Below, piece by piece: positions 28,964 to 39,371 of a stretch of DNA of 59,057 bases. Location of the stretch: the IMG/VR virus record IMGVR_UViG_3300013005_000043, positions 1 to 59,057 of that record. One strand, given 5' to 3'. The translations under genes and the position numbers were made by a program. Position 1 is the first letter of the stretch, and the number at the start of each line of letters is the position of its first letter. The notes beneath the pieces are model-generated. The model saw nothing but the letters and a program-made list of their open reading frames with translations. It did no database searches and was not told where the DNA came from. The stretch is from a virus (lineage: Duplodnaviria; Caudoviricetes).

Positions 28964-30724
28964 TTATTCTAAAATAGATGTTTCAACCCAAGTTTGTTGA
29001 GTAGCGCTTGTGACGTTAGGAATATCTACTTGAGTATATGTATCTTTAGTACTTAATTTTTCTAATTTCCTATCACCGGTAACTTCAACTGTCCCGAGGC
29101 TTTGCCATTTATTTGATTCAAATTTATAAACTTTAAATTTTGTAACATTTGATTTAATTGTAACAAATTGTTTGTTAGATGTATTTATATCAGGATTAAA
29201 TAATTTAATAAATTTATCGACATCAGCAGGGTCTTCAATAGTTGTCAGTTTAGATATAAACTCTTTATCTGTCATGGTTTTATTTACTTGTTTTGCATGA
29301 TCAGATTTTAACGCAACATACCATTTTTTTTCATTTGACGCATATGTATAAACAAATTTATCTTCTTCGGATTGTGTATAAACTTTAAGACCGTTAGGTG
29401 CCGTATATGGATATGTAACAGGTTTTGCATATTCATTATACTTTCCATTTTTCGTTTCGCCTATTGCAATATATTCAGAATTTACATCTTTTCTTTCATA
29501 ATAAACGCCATTTCTAGGTTTAACTTTTCCTTCGAACGTTCCTGAAAATTTAAAACCATAAGCATCATTAACATCCTTGTAATAATATGCATCGCCTTCG
29601 TTTAATTCCCAACTAAAACTAGTTTCTATTCGTTCAGACTTTTCATTATAATCTTCATATACTTCTGACTTTACTTTGCCGATAAATTTTGTTATATCCC
29701 ATTTTTTATCTGATTCAGATAAGTCCCAAGTTAATGTACCATTATAATATGCACCAGATTTAAATTCTCCTCGAAATGAGCCCCGGCGACAATTAGTTGT
29801 ACAATCTTTAGGGAATCTAAAAGTACCGTTTCCATTTACCGGTATAAGTGAATATTTTCCAGAAATTGGATCTGCTTCAATAATGCCTGTTCCTTCAAAT
29901 GAAGATCGTATTCCATAATCTCGAGATAAAATTTCGGGTGTCAGTTTTAATTGTCCAAGTTGTACCGCATCTCCTTGCTTAGATTGAAATTTTTCTACAT
30001 CAATTCGATTCATATATTTAAAATCCGGGACAGCTCCCAATATCGACTGAGTTTTTCTAGTATTTGGAAAATTTTGTTTCCACCAATCGGGTGCTGATTC
30101 TTGAATAGTTTTCATAACATTATTTAATGATGTTGTCCATTGAATTGCAACTGGTTGTGTCATCACTAAACTCGATTCATCAGTTTCATCTCGCAAAAGT
30201 TTTTGAATCCCTTTCATGGTAAAACTAAGATTGCGATTAACATTTTTAGCTAAATATGATTGCAATATATCTAACAAATTACCTAATGGAGATGCATAAG
30301 ATACATCTACAATCCAAACTGCAAAAACTTTTCTACGATCGGTGCCTTTTGGTATACTAACAACAATTCGATAACTATATCCATAATAATCAGATAAAGC
30401 AGAATCCATTGCCATTCTATCAGCAATTGCAGATATCATTTGATCATATGTTGGTTTTTTAGTTTTATCTTTGTGAATTGCAACAACTAAAAATCCGCGG
30501 ACTGCTCCATTTTCTTGAGCAGCTTTATCAACAAAATGAACACGTAATCTTTCTAAATCACCTTTACCATATGTTGTTTTAGGAATTTTATAGATATATC
30601 CAGTTGACGGATCATACTCTGGATCGTTTTCATATTTTTTTGGTTTATCATCTTCAATTAGATGCTGTTCTAACAATCGTTTTTGCACTAAAACTGACCG
30701 TATATATTGTTCTATTCGATTCAT
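28964..30724 (-). CDS. Hypothetical protein, possibly head-packaged
   Basis: 586 aa, RLLEQHLIE leader, MORN-like FxGxF segments, late motif upstream. Confidence 0.7.
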   Translation of the reverse strand: MNRIEQYIRSVLVQKRLLEQHLIEDDKPKKYENDPEYDPSTGYIYKIPKTTYGKGDLERLRVHFVDKAAQENGAVRGFLVVAIHKDKTKKPTYDQMISAIADRMAMDSALSDYYGYSYRIVVSIPKGTDRRKVFAVWIVDVSYASPLGNLLDILQSYLAKNVNRNLSFTMKGIQKLLRDETDESSLVMTQPVAIQWTTSLNNVMKTIQESAPDWWKQNFPNTRKTQSILGAVPDFKYMNRIDVEKFQSKQGDAVQLGQLKLTPEILSRDYGIRSSFEGTGIIEADPISGKYSLIPVNGNGTFRFPKDCTTNCRRGSFRGEFKSGAYYNGTLTWDLSESDKKWDITKFIGKVKSEVYEDYNEKSERIETSFSWELNEGDAYYYKDVNDAYGFKFSGTFEGKVKPRNGVYYERKDVNSEYIAIGETKNGKYNEYAKPVTYPYTAPNGLKVYTQSEEDKFVYTYASNEKKWYVALKSDHAKQVNKTMTDKEFISKLTTIEDPADVDKFIKLFNPDINTSNKQFVTIKSNVTKFKVYKFESNKWQSLGTVEVTGDRKLEKLSTKDTYTQVDIPNVTSATQQTWVETSILE

Positions 30725-30748
30725 AATACTTTCTTTAATAAATATACA

Positions 30749-31291
30749 TCACCAATCAATCATTACCATTTTACCGTTCCATAACATGATATTATCTGAC
30801 TTAAAATCTAAATCTAAATCTAAATCTTCAATGTCTATTTTTTGTACATCTCGTTGCAACGCCCGTAAAAAATTTACTAGTTCAATATCAGTATTACGAC
30901 CACCGTCAGCATCTAAATATTCAAAAATAGAAACTTCTCCTCCATTATCTCGTGCGTATATTTTATAAGATGAAATAAATTGTTCAATTGATTGTTTTTG
31001 AGTATTTGATAAGTTATCAGCTTTTGCCATAATATACATATTACGTCCGTCTACGTAATATACCGGTATAAAAGTTGTATATTGTGAATATCGATCAACA
31101 ATTACTTCTGCAACTCGATATTCTTCAGATTCAGTTGTAATTTTAAATAATTTATCTTCATCATCAATTTCATAAACTCGGCCGTTATCGCCTTGACCGA
31201 ATAATTTAAATTGTTTATTTTGTATTTTTTGTAAAATTCGTTTTAAATCAACATCAACAATTTCATTTAATAATTTTTTAAGTCGTATCAT
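30749..31291 (-). CDS. Minimal protein-kinase-like protein
   Basis: Gly loop GQGDNGRVY, beta3 Lys (LFKIT), DFKSDNIM catalytic loop, IDW. Confidence 0.7.
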   Translation of the reverse strand: MIRLKKLLNEIVDVDLKRILQKIQNKQFKLFGQGDNGRVYEIDDEDKLFKITTESEEYRVAEVIVDRYSQYTTFIPVYYVDGRNMYIMAKADNLSNTQKQSIEQFISSYKIYARDNGGEVSIFEYLDADGGRNTDIELVNFLRALQRDVQKIDIEDLDLDLDFKSDNIMLWNGKMVMIDW

Positions 31292-31293
31292 TA

Positions 31294-32874
31294 TTATCCT
31301 TTAACTGTTATGTTTTTATCTAAATCTAAACGAATTAAAAAATTCATATCTACATCTGTGCGTTTACGTATTGGTTGTGCCAATTTACCAATAGCTAATA
31401 ATTCTCCTGCATCATTATATAAACCTATTGATGTCACGTATGGATTAAACGTGCTACCGGAAACAAAAGATCTATATGTTGCATCATCATCAGCAGTTAA
31501 TGTTACATTAGTAGACATATTGAAATCTCCGGCATCTAATCTAGCAATTACCGACAATTCATGAATTGTTACTGAACTTCTATATGATGCTGTAAACGGG
31601 GTTTTTATCATATCATTAACTCGATAATCTGCAGAAGAAAAAACAATAAGACCTTGTTTAGAAAAAACATTACCTACATATTGCGTTTGTAATGCAGTTC
31701 CACCTTCTGTTCGATCGGATAACGCACTTATCTGCGATGCGGATAATGACTTATTAAAGATTCTAATTTCATCTAAATATCCTTGTAGATTTGAACTATT
31801 GGTGCTAAAACCGCCTACTTTTAATGTATCTAAATTATCAATACGAGCTGATGCAGAAAACGGAGACGTAGCAATTACAAATAATGGTGATGTTGCAGAT
31901 GAATGCAATGTTCCGTTAATATACATCTGCATTAAACTACCAGATTTTTGACAAACTACATGATTCCATGAAGATGAAACTTGTGCAGATGATGTAATAA
32001 TTGTTTTAAATGAATTACTACCTGCAGAACTAAATATTAATTGATTACTACCACTTAATTCAATTCTAAACGGATATGTTGGCGATATGTTTGTATCAGC
32101 TTTTGTTATAACCAATTGATTACTAGTTGTAGTATTTCCACCGCTAATAAAAAATGAAACTGCATAATCATGATTTCGATCATATAAACCTGATATAGTT
32201 GTGTCAATATAACTAGATCCAGAAAACTTTGCAGCTAATCCTAAAGAACGTTGTTGCCCCGTTGTTGTTTTAATGCCTGGTACATATGTTATATTATTTG
32301 ATATATATGATGTTCTACTAGTATCAAAATATTCATTAAATCCTTCATATAATTTCACATCAGAAACAATTGACGCAGAATTATATGATGTATCATAAAT
32401 ATTTCCATATCGATCACTAGCATATGATCCAGAAACTGACGATGTAAATGAAAACGATGCTGGTTTAATTCCTTCTCCTATTCTAATTTGCGGAAAAGAA
32501 AAAATTGATGCAGTTTGAAATAATGATTTTTTTGTTTTAGTTAAATCAGTCGGCCCATATGTTTTAAACGGTTCTGATTTGTTTTTATAAAATAAATGAT
32601 TTATAGAAAAATATGTAACACTTTGCAGACTACCATCAATATTTGCAGCATCATTATATACTAATTCAGTCTCTAAAGCCGGCAATACATTTATGTCAGA
32701 ATAAATACCTTGCAAAGGTAAGACGCTAGAAGTAATACTTCCGGAATAGATAGTCCATTTTTTATACGACTGAAACGCATTAACCGTTACATCAGAAGAA
32801 TCAATCTTTTTAAAAACTGTTGGATAAACACCAACATATGAATCTTCTTGTATATCTGTTTTTATTTGTGTCAT
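31294..32874 (-). CDS. Virion protein with LamG/concanavalin A-like domain
   Basis: WNHVVC...MYINGTL...GYLDEIRIFNKSLS LamG pattern. C-terminal IGLYNDAGELLAIGKL is shared with the upstream gene. Confidence 0.8.
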   Translation of the reverse strand: MTQIKTDIQEDSYVGVYPTVFKKIDSSDVTVNAFQSYKKWTIYSGSITSSVLPLQGIYSDINVLPALETELVYNDAANIDGSLQSVTYFSINHLFYKNKSEPFKTYGPTDLTKTKKSLFQTASIFSFPQIRIGEGIKPASFSFTSSVSGSYASDRYGNIYDTSYNSASIVSDVKLYEGFNEYFDTSRTSYISNNITYVPGIKTTTGQQRSLGLAAKFSGSSYIDTTISGLYDRNHDYAVSFFISGGNTTTSNQLVITKADTNISPTYPFRIELSGSNQLIFSSAGSNSFKTIITSSAQVSSSWNHVVCQKSGSLMQMYINGTLHSSATSPLFVIATSPFSASARIDNLDTLKVGGFSTNSSNLQGYLDEIRIFNKSLSASQISALSDRTEGGTALQTQYVGNVFSKQGLIVFSSADYRVNDMIKTPFTASYRSSVTIHELSVIARLDAGDFNMSTNVTLTADDDATYRSFVSGSTFNPYVTSIGLYNDAGELLAIGKLAQPIRKRTDVDMNFLIRLDLDKNITVKG

Positions 32875-32880
32875 TATAGT

Positions 32881-32918
32881 AAAAACCCTGCTACATTTAA
32901 TATAAATATAACAGGGCT
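32881..32918 (-). terminator. Terminator-like hairpin enclosing a late promoter motif
   Basis: AGCCCTGTTATATTTA-TAT-TAAATGTAGCAGGGTT (16 bp including 3 G-U pairs), followed by TTT and ACT. Confidence 0.7.
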
Positions 32919-32936
32919 TAAATCAGTGTTGATTTA

Positions 32937-34244
32937 TTAGAAATCTAACTTAACTCGTATAAGAGCTTCTCGTTGAAATGATTTTAATAATGGTTTTGAA
33001 AGTTTTGCTACTGCTAACAATTCTTGATTATCATTGTATAATCCTACCGTAGTAATATATGTTTTAGGATCACCAATAAATGTTGATTGTGCTATTTGAC
33101 CAACACTTCCACTTACATATGATGGATTATTAGAAAAATTATATTCAGCATTTTTAATTCTTACAAAATAATGCGTACTTGTAACTTTTTCAGAATTACG
33201 AGCTAAGAATCCGTACGGATCAGATGTAGCTGGATCAGTAAACGCAGCAGATCCAGAAATAGAATGGAAAAGTACAAAATGATTATTACCTTCAGAACTA
33301 GATGAAACATTTGTTGCAAATCCTAATTTTTGATCAAGCATTTTGCCGTCTAAAATTAAAGTACCATAATCCGGATATGCTAATCCGTAATATACTGGTG
33401 CGGTAGAATTATAAACGCCTGAGTTAATAGAACCGGAAACAATATTATAAACTTTTCCTGATTGTCCAACTGTTGCAGATGAAATAGATGAATCATCAAT
33501 CAATTGTATGATTGCACCTGAGCCTGTCACAACAGAACCCGTTGCATTTGTTGCTCTGGATGCAATCGGTTTTAATGGAATTTCCCAATTTCCTGGATCT
33601 AAACGTTCTTTCATTCTGTTACGTTTAAAATTTAAAACATAAACATAATCCGTACTACCAGATCCTGCAGTTGTAAATCTTGTATCAGTTGGGGCTAATA
33701 ATAATTGTCGATATTGCGAATAAACTGCTTTACTTGGAGAATCATTAAGTTGTCCTTGTGAATCAGAACCACTACCTAAAGCATGACCAAATGCTAAAGC
33801 AAATTGCACAGCTGCGCCATCGGCGCTAGGTGTATCTTGATAAACATCTACATAATATCTACGTTGTGATGTAGTTTGTCCTGAGGCAGTATAATAAGTA
33901 GTTAAACTTGCTAAATTATCACTCCACAATCCGGCAGTAACAACTTCTGTTTGATTTGCAACAATATCATTAACTGCATCAAATTTAGTATATGTTCTAC
34001 CATTGCGAGCCAATATTTGTGCTTGATTCTGTTCAGCTACAATTTGATTTGCAAGTTGTTGTGCTAATAATCGTACTTGTTCATTTACTCCATTATTAGC
34101 AGTTGTTAATGCTTGATTTTCATTTTGTAATTGCTGGATCGCTTGTTGTGCTCTTAGATTCTCCAATCCTCGCGGCACTCCGCCAATTCTAGGTTGTTGT
34201 TTTAATTGTGCAATGAATTCATTCATTTTCATAATATTTTCCAT
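32937..34244 (-). CDS. Baseplate/tail structural protein
   Basis: 435 aa, C-terminal YITTVGLYNDNQELLAVAKLSKP motif. Confidence 0.65.
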   Translation of the reverse strand: MENIMKMNEFIAQLKQQPRIGGVPRGLENLRAQQAIQQLQNENQALTTANNGVNEQVRLLAQQLANQIVAEQNQAQILARNGRTYTKFDAVNDIVANQTEVVTAGLWSDNLASLTTYYTASGQTTSQRRYYVDVYQDTPSADGAAVQFALAFGHALGSGSDSQGQLNDSPSKAVYSQYRQLLLAPTDTRFTTAGSGSTDYVYVLNFKRNRMKERLDPGNWEIPLKPIASRATNATGSVVTGSGAIIQLIDDSSISSATVGQSGKVYNIVSGSINSGVYNSTAPVYYGLAYPDYGTLILDGKMLDQKLGFATNVSSSSEGNNHFVLFHSISGSAAFTDPATSDPYGFLARNSEKVTSTHYFVRIKNAEYNFSNNPSYVSGSVGQIAQSTFIGDPKTYITTVGLYNDNQELLAVAKLSKPLLKSFQREALIRVKLDF

Positions 34245-34245
34245 T

Positions 34246-34896
34246 TTATAATGTTGCAGTAGTTGCTTGTTTAACTGTTAAATTAATAGTAACACTACCG
34301 CCTGTTTCATTTGCAATTACTGTAATAGTTGCAGTTTTATCTTCAATTAATTGCGTTTTAGCAACAATGCGGAATTCAAATCCAGCAACTGCTACACTTT
34401 GTGCATCTTCATTATCTCCAATAAAACGAGGAGTAGTTGGAAGTACTGAATTTTGTAATGCTCTAGTTACTTGAATATCAGCCACGGTAGAATCTGACAA
34501 TATTGCCGTATAACCCAACGTTGCATTACCTCCTTTAAAGTTACTAGTATTTGGTGCAATAATTGTTGAATCGCCAGGTGCAGCCAATGTAATAGAAGTA
34601 TTTCCTACAGTAACAATTGGAATATTTGTTGTTTGTTTAGGCAACGTAATTAATTTATATTTAAGAGCCTGAGTTTCATCAGGAACTGCTTCAACAATAG
34701 GCATATTTTCTATAATAGTACCATAATATGCCGTTCCGAGAGGATGATCTGGATTCCATAATGAATAATCGATTTCATCATCTCCTACTGCAAATTGTGT
34801 AATATTGAAAGAATTTCCGCCTTTAGCTAAAAGTTCTCGACCTTTTAATGTTAAAATTGCGTCGACTGTAACGCTAGAATTATCTAAATATCCCAT
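34246..34896 (-). CDS. Baseplate/tail structural protein
   Basis: 216 aa, DAILTLKGRELLA...ITQFAVGDDEIDY pattern resembling fibre-attachment N-termini. Confidence 0.6.
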   Translation of the reverse strand: MGYLDNSSVTVDAILTLKGRELLAKGGNSFNITQFAVGDDEIDYSLWNPDHPLGTAYYGTIIENMPIVEAVPDETQALKYKLITLPKQTTNIPIVTVGNTSITLAAPGDSTIIAPNTSNFKGGNATLGYTAILSDSTVADIQVTRALQNSVLPTTPRFIGDNEDAQSVAVAGFEFRIVAKTQLIEDKTATITVIANETGGSVTINLTVKQATTATL

Positions 34897-34939
34897 ATGT
34901 TTTTACCTTATTTAATATAAATATACAATCTATAAATTT

Positions 34940-37900
34940 CTATACTAAAACAAAACTACCTTGTTGTCCATTATTTTGATATATCAATTGATTTGGATTT
35001 GATTCGCGCCATTCTACTGCAGGGCCTCCGTCGACTGTTTGAGTTGAGTTTATATTAAATGCAGGCGAAGTAAGTTTAGCACCAGAATATCGCTGATTAT
35101 TTATACCCGTTGGTAAATAATCTTGAAATTCAACTAAACTTCCAGTAAATCGTTTTGGTACATTTAATCCATAAACGCTAGTACCATATATACCAATACC
35201 ATATGCACCAATAATACCAGATGATGTTATAGGCGTTGCATTGGTTAATTTAAATTCAGAATATCTACTAGTTATATAAACAGGTTGAATTGCATCACTT
35301 AACCAATATGGTGTCGATGCAGTTATATATACACTTGCAGATCGAATTAAGTATTGATTTGAATATAACATTCCATCATATTTTTCTGAAGTAGATGCAG
35401 TTAAATACATTTGATATTGATCATCATCGATTGCAGATAATGAAACAATATTTGCATTAGTTTCACCAACATACTGTATATAATCTCCTGATGCTGTTGG
35501 AACATTATCAATTATTATTGAATTATATGATTGATCGAGTCTTTGAATTTTAGGAAGAATTGTATCTTTACTTCGTTCAAATAGATTTGGTTGTATTAAT
35601 ATACCCGTTATTTTATCAACACGAGCTGGCAATAGTTGTTCAAGCTGTCGAAAGAATGATAAATCAAACAACGTAAACATAGAAATGTATGCATTAATAT
35701 CATTTCTATTTTGATATTTTTTCCAATAGCTTTGAGCTGCTTGAATTAACTTTGGGTATGCCTTAGAATCAGTTTCTCCCGGATCGCCAATATATTGATC
35801 TAATTCAACAAATCCATATTGTGCAATGATATCTTCATCAACCATTGTTTGTGGAGAAAAATATACTCCTAATTTTTTGCTATCTAATGGTGCATTATCA
35901 TATTGACTTCGTTCCGCTCTCGTTTTAACATCTAAAGAACCGATCAATTGATTAGATTCAATACGTATTTTATTATCATCATATGTTCCCGCACCTAAAG
36001 ACGGAGCATCATAGTAATATGTTTCTTCATATGAATCATATGGTGTATTTACAGTCCAACTTGCAAATGAGGCAGAAATAGTAGATGCTTTCGGCTGTAT
36101 ACCAGATAAACTACTAGTTAAAGAATGATTTATTTTTTGCGTTAACGGTAATCTAAAAACTAGTTCTTCATATGCATCGGTATTAGCATTATATGCTCCC
36201 GGTGCTTTAACATGATTATCAAATGCCATTATATTCAATGAAGATGACCACAGTCTCAATTCTTGCAATTGTCCAACAAATCTACTAGCACCAGACGATG
36301 TTCCGCCTAAAGTTAATGTTCCAGACCCAGCAAATGATGCTGTAGCTGAAGCAGAAACTGCTGCAACAATTTTACCATACTTAGATTTTTTAGTGATTAA
36401 ATCTAGATTAGTACCATTTGTTTTTAACACAGTCATCAACCATTCATCATTGTATAATTCAATTAGTCCGGAACTAGTTCCGTTAATTTTCATTACACCT
36501 TTATTGCCGCTATTAAACTCCATTGTTACCGCATTAGCGCCTATATTAAACAGGTTCATAGTTGTTGGTATCAAAGGATTAGTGACTATATTATCTGGTC
36601 TAAAACGAAGTTCAACCGCGTTAATTGATTGCGAATAATTAACTGTTACCGTTCCTGCAGCACTACCACTAACATCTAGAGCATAATCAAAATTATATTT
36701 TTCATATACTGGAGCTCTATCAATTCTAGGACCACCATATTCATTAATACTAATTAAAGACTGAGGAATTCCATAACAAGCTAATAATGCTTGAATACTA
36801 CGTTTAGTTCCTTTAGATTTTAATAAAAATGGAAGATTATTAACAATCCTACGCCATATAGCGTATGTCATATTCTGGCCAGAAACAGATGGATCGCCAA
36901 CCGTATTTGATCCAGTTAACGGAATTCCAGCTTCAGATGTTCCTAAAACATATTGCCATAATTCTTGTGATTGATTTCCATTAGTTAAATTCCATCCAAA
37001 TTGTTTTGCAACTGAATATAATAATTCGTTAGGCATACCCAATTTAGGATTTTCTTCTCGTTTATTAACTAATGATATATTACGGATATATGTATGTAAT
37101 ATATCAAAATGTTGACCTAACATATGGGTAAATGTAATCAAATCAACATTTGCCGAATCATTTCGTATAAATTCTGGTATAGTATAATATAAAGAATTTA
37201 TGTTTTCAACATCATAAAATGAAGCCGAATTATATAATCCGTTATACCAATTATTAAACATGCTACTAGTAGTTGAAGCTAACACATATGGCCTTGTTGC
37301 ATTTAATTTTGGTACTGGTGCAACATAACTGCCGGTTAATCTACTAACATTAACAACTTCTAATGGCAATGTATGCGTAGTTAATTTTGATGATGATTCA
37401 TAATATAGAAATTTTTCAAAATCATCAAAACCACTAATTAACGAAGTTTTTAAATCAAAAAATTCTTGTGAATTAGTAGTAGCAACGCTACCAGATAATG
37501 ATGCTACTGCTGAACTTTGACTAGTATATTGTTCTAATAACTGTAATTTATATTTGAAATTTTCTAAACGCTCCGTTGCAGAGCTATAAAAAACAAAGTT
37601 ATTGAAGTCTGAATAATCAATATTTAATTTAACTCCAGATAAGCTTCCAGAAAAATATGCATCTACAATTTGTTGTGATGTTTGAACTGATGAACCCAAT
37701 ATATCTGTCCAAGTTCTATAATCAGTTCCCGCTGAAGTTTGTTGTGGAGAAAATGCTTGCCAATTTGGTCCAGCTAAAGAATTAAATTGTTTTTTATTAA
37801 CTTTAGGTTGAATTGCAACTCGGTCAATATATGTAGGTTTTTGTTCTTCTACTATCCAACATTTAAAATCTACTGCAATATCTTGCGATAATGGTTCTTG

Positions 37901-38512
37901 AAGTTTAACGTATAGATATTCTCCAATTACTACACTATTAACAAACAATACACAGTTATTTCTACTAAAATTTAATAGATATGGTTTATAATACTGTTGT
38001 GCCGTTTGATTTACGGTTTGAATATAATTGGTAATTTGCTGTAAAAATTCTGGGTCGGTATCATCGATTGCACGAAGCCGTATCTCGGTACGATCTGGAG
38101 ATATTTCATCTATTCGTAGATGTTGTCGCTCATAACTACCAATTAAATTTTTAAAGAAATTAAATGCAATACGGAAATTGCCTGCCGTTAATTTTAATTT
38201 TTCAAACTCAGAATATAAATCAATACCAATTGCAGTATTAATTGGTATTATTGCATTAGTAGCTTTGTCTTTAAATTCAGGTATTTTTGTTTGAAATTGA
38301 ATTTTATGATTTCCCGTTAACCAAGTATCATTAGAATATACATGAAACTCAATTCGATTATCATTGGACACATTAATAATATCCGTATTTAGATATACTG
38401 GCTCTACAAGATCATATGATGCAAATTCAGATTTAGTTCGAGCAATACGTTCACCAGAAACGGATTGCGTTGCTGATTTTATTTGATCGATATTTTTATA
38501 CTGATTAAGCAT
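34940..38512 (-). CDS. Large baseplate wedge-like protein
   Basis: 1190 aa, LLKSKGTKRSIQALL (wedge-like KGT motif), LamG-like segment GQLQELRLW. Confidence 0.65.
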   Translation of the reverse strand: MLNQYKNIDQIKSATQSVSGERIARTKSEFASYDLVEPVYLNTDIINVSNDNRIEFHVYSNDTWLTGNHKIQFQTKIPEFKDKATNAIIPINTAIGIDLYSEFEKLKLTAGNFRIAFNFFKNLIGSYERQHLRIDEISPDRTEIRLRAIDDTDPEFLQQITNYIQTVNQTAQQYYKPYLLNFSRNNCVLFVNSVVIGEYLYVKLQEPLSQDIAVDFKCWIVEEQKPTYIDRVAIQPKVNKKQFNSLAGPNWQAFSPQQTSAGTDYRTWTDILGSSVQTSQQIVDAYFSGSLSGVKLNIDYSDFNNFVFYSSATERLENFKYKLQLLEQYTSQSSAVASLSGSVATTNSQEFFDLKTSLISGFDDFEKFLYYESSSKLTTHTLPLEVVNVSRLTGSYVAPVPKLNATRPYVLASTTSSMFNNWYNGLYNSASFYDVENINSLYYTIPEFIRNDSANVDLITFTHMLGQHFDILHTYIRNISLVNKREENPKLGMPNELLYSVAKQFGWNLTNGNQSQELWQYVLGTSEAGIPLTGSNTVGDPSVSGQNMTYAIWRRIVNNLPFLLKSKGTKRSIQALLACYGIPQSLISINEYGGPRIDRAPVYEKYNFDYALDVSGSAAGTVTVNYSQSINAVELRFRPDNIVTNPLIPTTMNLFNIGANAVTMEFNSGNKGVMKINGTSSGLIELYNDEWLMTVLKTNGTNLDLITKKSKYGKIVAAVSASATASFAGSGTLTLGGTSSGASRFVGQLQELRLWSSSLNIMAFDNHVKAPGAYNANTDAYEELVFRLPLTQKINHSLTSSLSGIQPKASTISASFASWTVNTPYDSYEETYYYDAPSLGAGTYDDNKIRIESNQLIGSLDVKTRAERSQYDNAPLDSKKLGVYFSPQTMVDEDIIAQYGFVELDQYIGDPGETDSKAYPKLIQAAQSYWKKYQNRNDINAYISMFTLFDLSFFRQLEQLLPARVDKITGILIQPNLFERSKDTILPKIQRLDQSYNSIIIDNVPTASGDYIQYVGETNANIVSLSAIDDDQYQMYLTASTSEKYDGMLYSNQYLIRSASVYITASTPYWLSDAIQPVYITSRYSEFKLTNATPITSSGIIGAYGIGIYGTSVYGLNVPKRFTGSLVEFQDYLPTGINNQRYSGAKLTSPAFNINSTQTVDGGPAVEWRESNPNQLIYQNNGQQGSFVLV

Positions 38513-39371
38513 TTATCTCCTGATTCCAAAGATCTACATTTTTACTTGCATCTGTTATCACCCAATATGATTGCAATGCATTTATTGTGTGAAATTCTGT
38601 TGCATTATTTTGTCCAGCTTTTGCTCCGATGCCAAATCTATCTCCAATTTCAAATTCTGAATTAGGAATAACAATGTCAACTTCTAAATTTTGAACTTCA
38701 TATTGATTTATAGATCCTGGAATGTTTGGCCTAAATTCCGATGTATTTTCAAATGTACGATAATCTCTATCTAAGCCTTGTTCGCTCGTTTTAATTATAG
38801 AAAAAAAGGCAGTGCCATATGGTGTTACATTTAAAAAGCCGCCTGGCTCATCATAGCGATGTTGCAACTTGATTCTAAATCGAAGATCAACCCCGGAATT
38901 TTTAATATCTTTTGATATAGTATATGTATTTGTTGATTGTTGCGATAGACCCTCTTGTACCTCATCCATCAAAATACCAGAATAATCTGGGGTTGCTAAA
39001 ATTGGTCTGTTTTCGCTTGGACGATATCTTGCAAACACTGGATCTGGTAATTGCAAATCTACATTTAAATCTAAATCAATTGACGCATCATCAAATTCAA
39101 TACTGACAGGGAAACTATAGTAATTAAACTGCGTATCTAAAACTCGTAACATTGATTTTGTTGTTATTTTAGTAGTCATTGGTTCGATAATTAATAACGG
39201 ATTTGTTGTAACGTTTTCTTCTAATGAAATATTTCCATTTGCATCACGTGGCACAACTGATTGATTATTTGATATACGAGTTAAACCATCACGTTGATAT
39301 TCCGTTTGACGTTTAGCCGCAAATGCATCTAATTTTGATAACGCAGATGTATTTAACTTAGGTATATTCAT
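38505..39371 (-). CDS. Hypothetical baseplate-module protein
   Basis: 288 aa ORF coupled to both neighbours. Confidence 0.65.
   Translation of the reverse strand: MNIPKLNTSALSKLDAFAAKRQTEYQRDGLTRISNNQSVVPRDANGNISLEENVTTNPLLIIEPMTTKITTKSMLRVLDTQFNYYSFPVSIEFDDASIDLDLNVDLQLPDPVFARYRPSENRPILATPDYSGILMDEVQEGLSQQSTNTYTISKDIKNSGVDLRFRIKLQHRYDEPGGFLNVTPYGTAFFSIIKTSEQGLDRDYRTFENTSEFRPNIPGSINQYEVQNLEVDIVIPNSEFEIGDRFGIGAKAGQNNATEFHTINALQSYWVITDASKNVDLWNQEINA

Noticed and set aside
30803-30826. (AAATCT)x4 microsatellite
   Set aside because: In-frame hexamer encoding DLDLDLD in the kinase-like gene. No evidence of phase variation.
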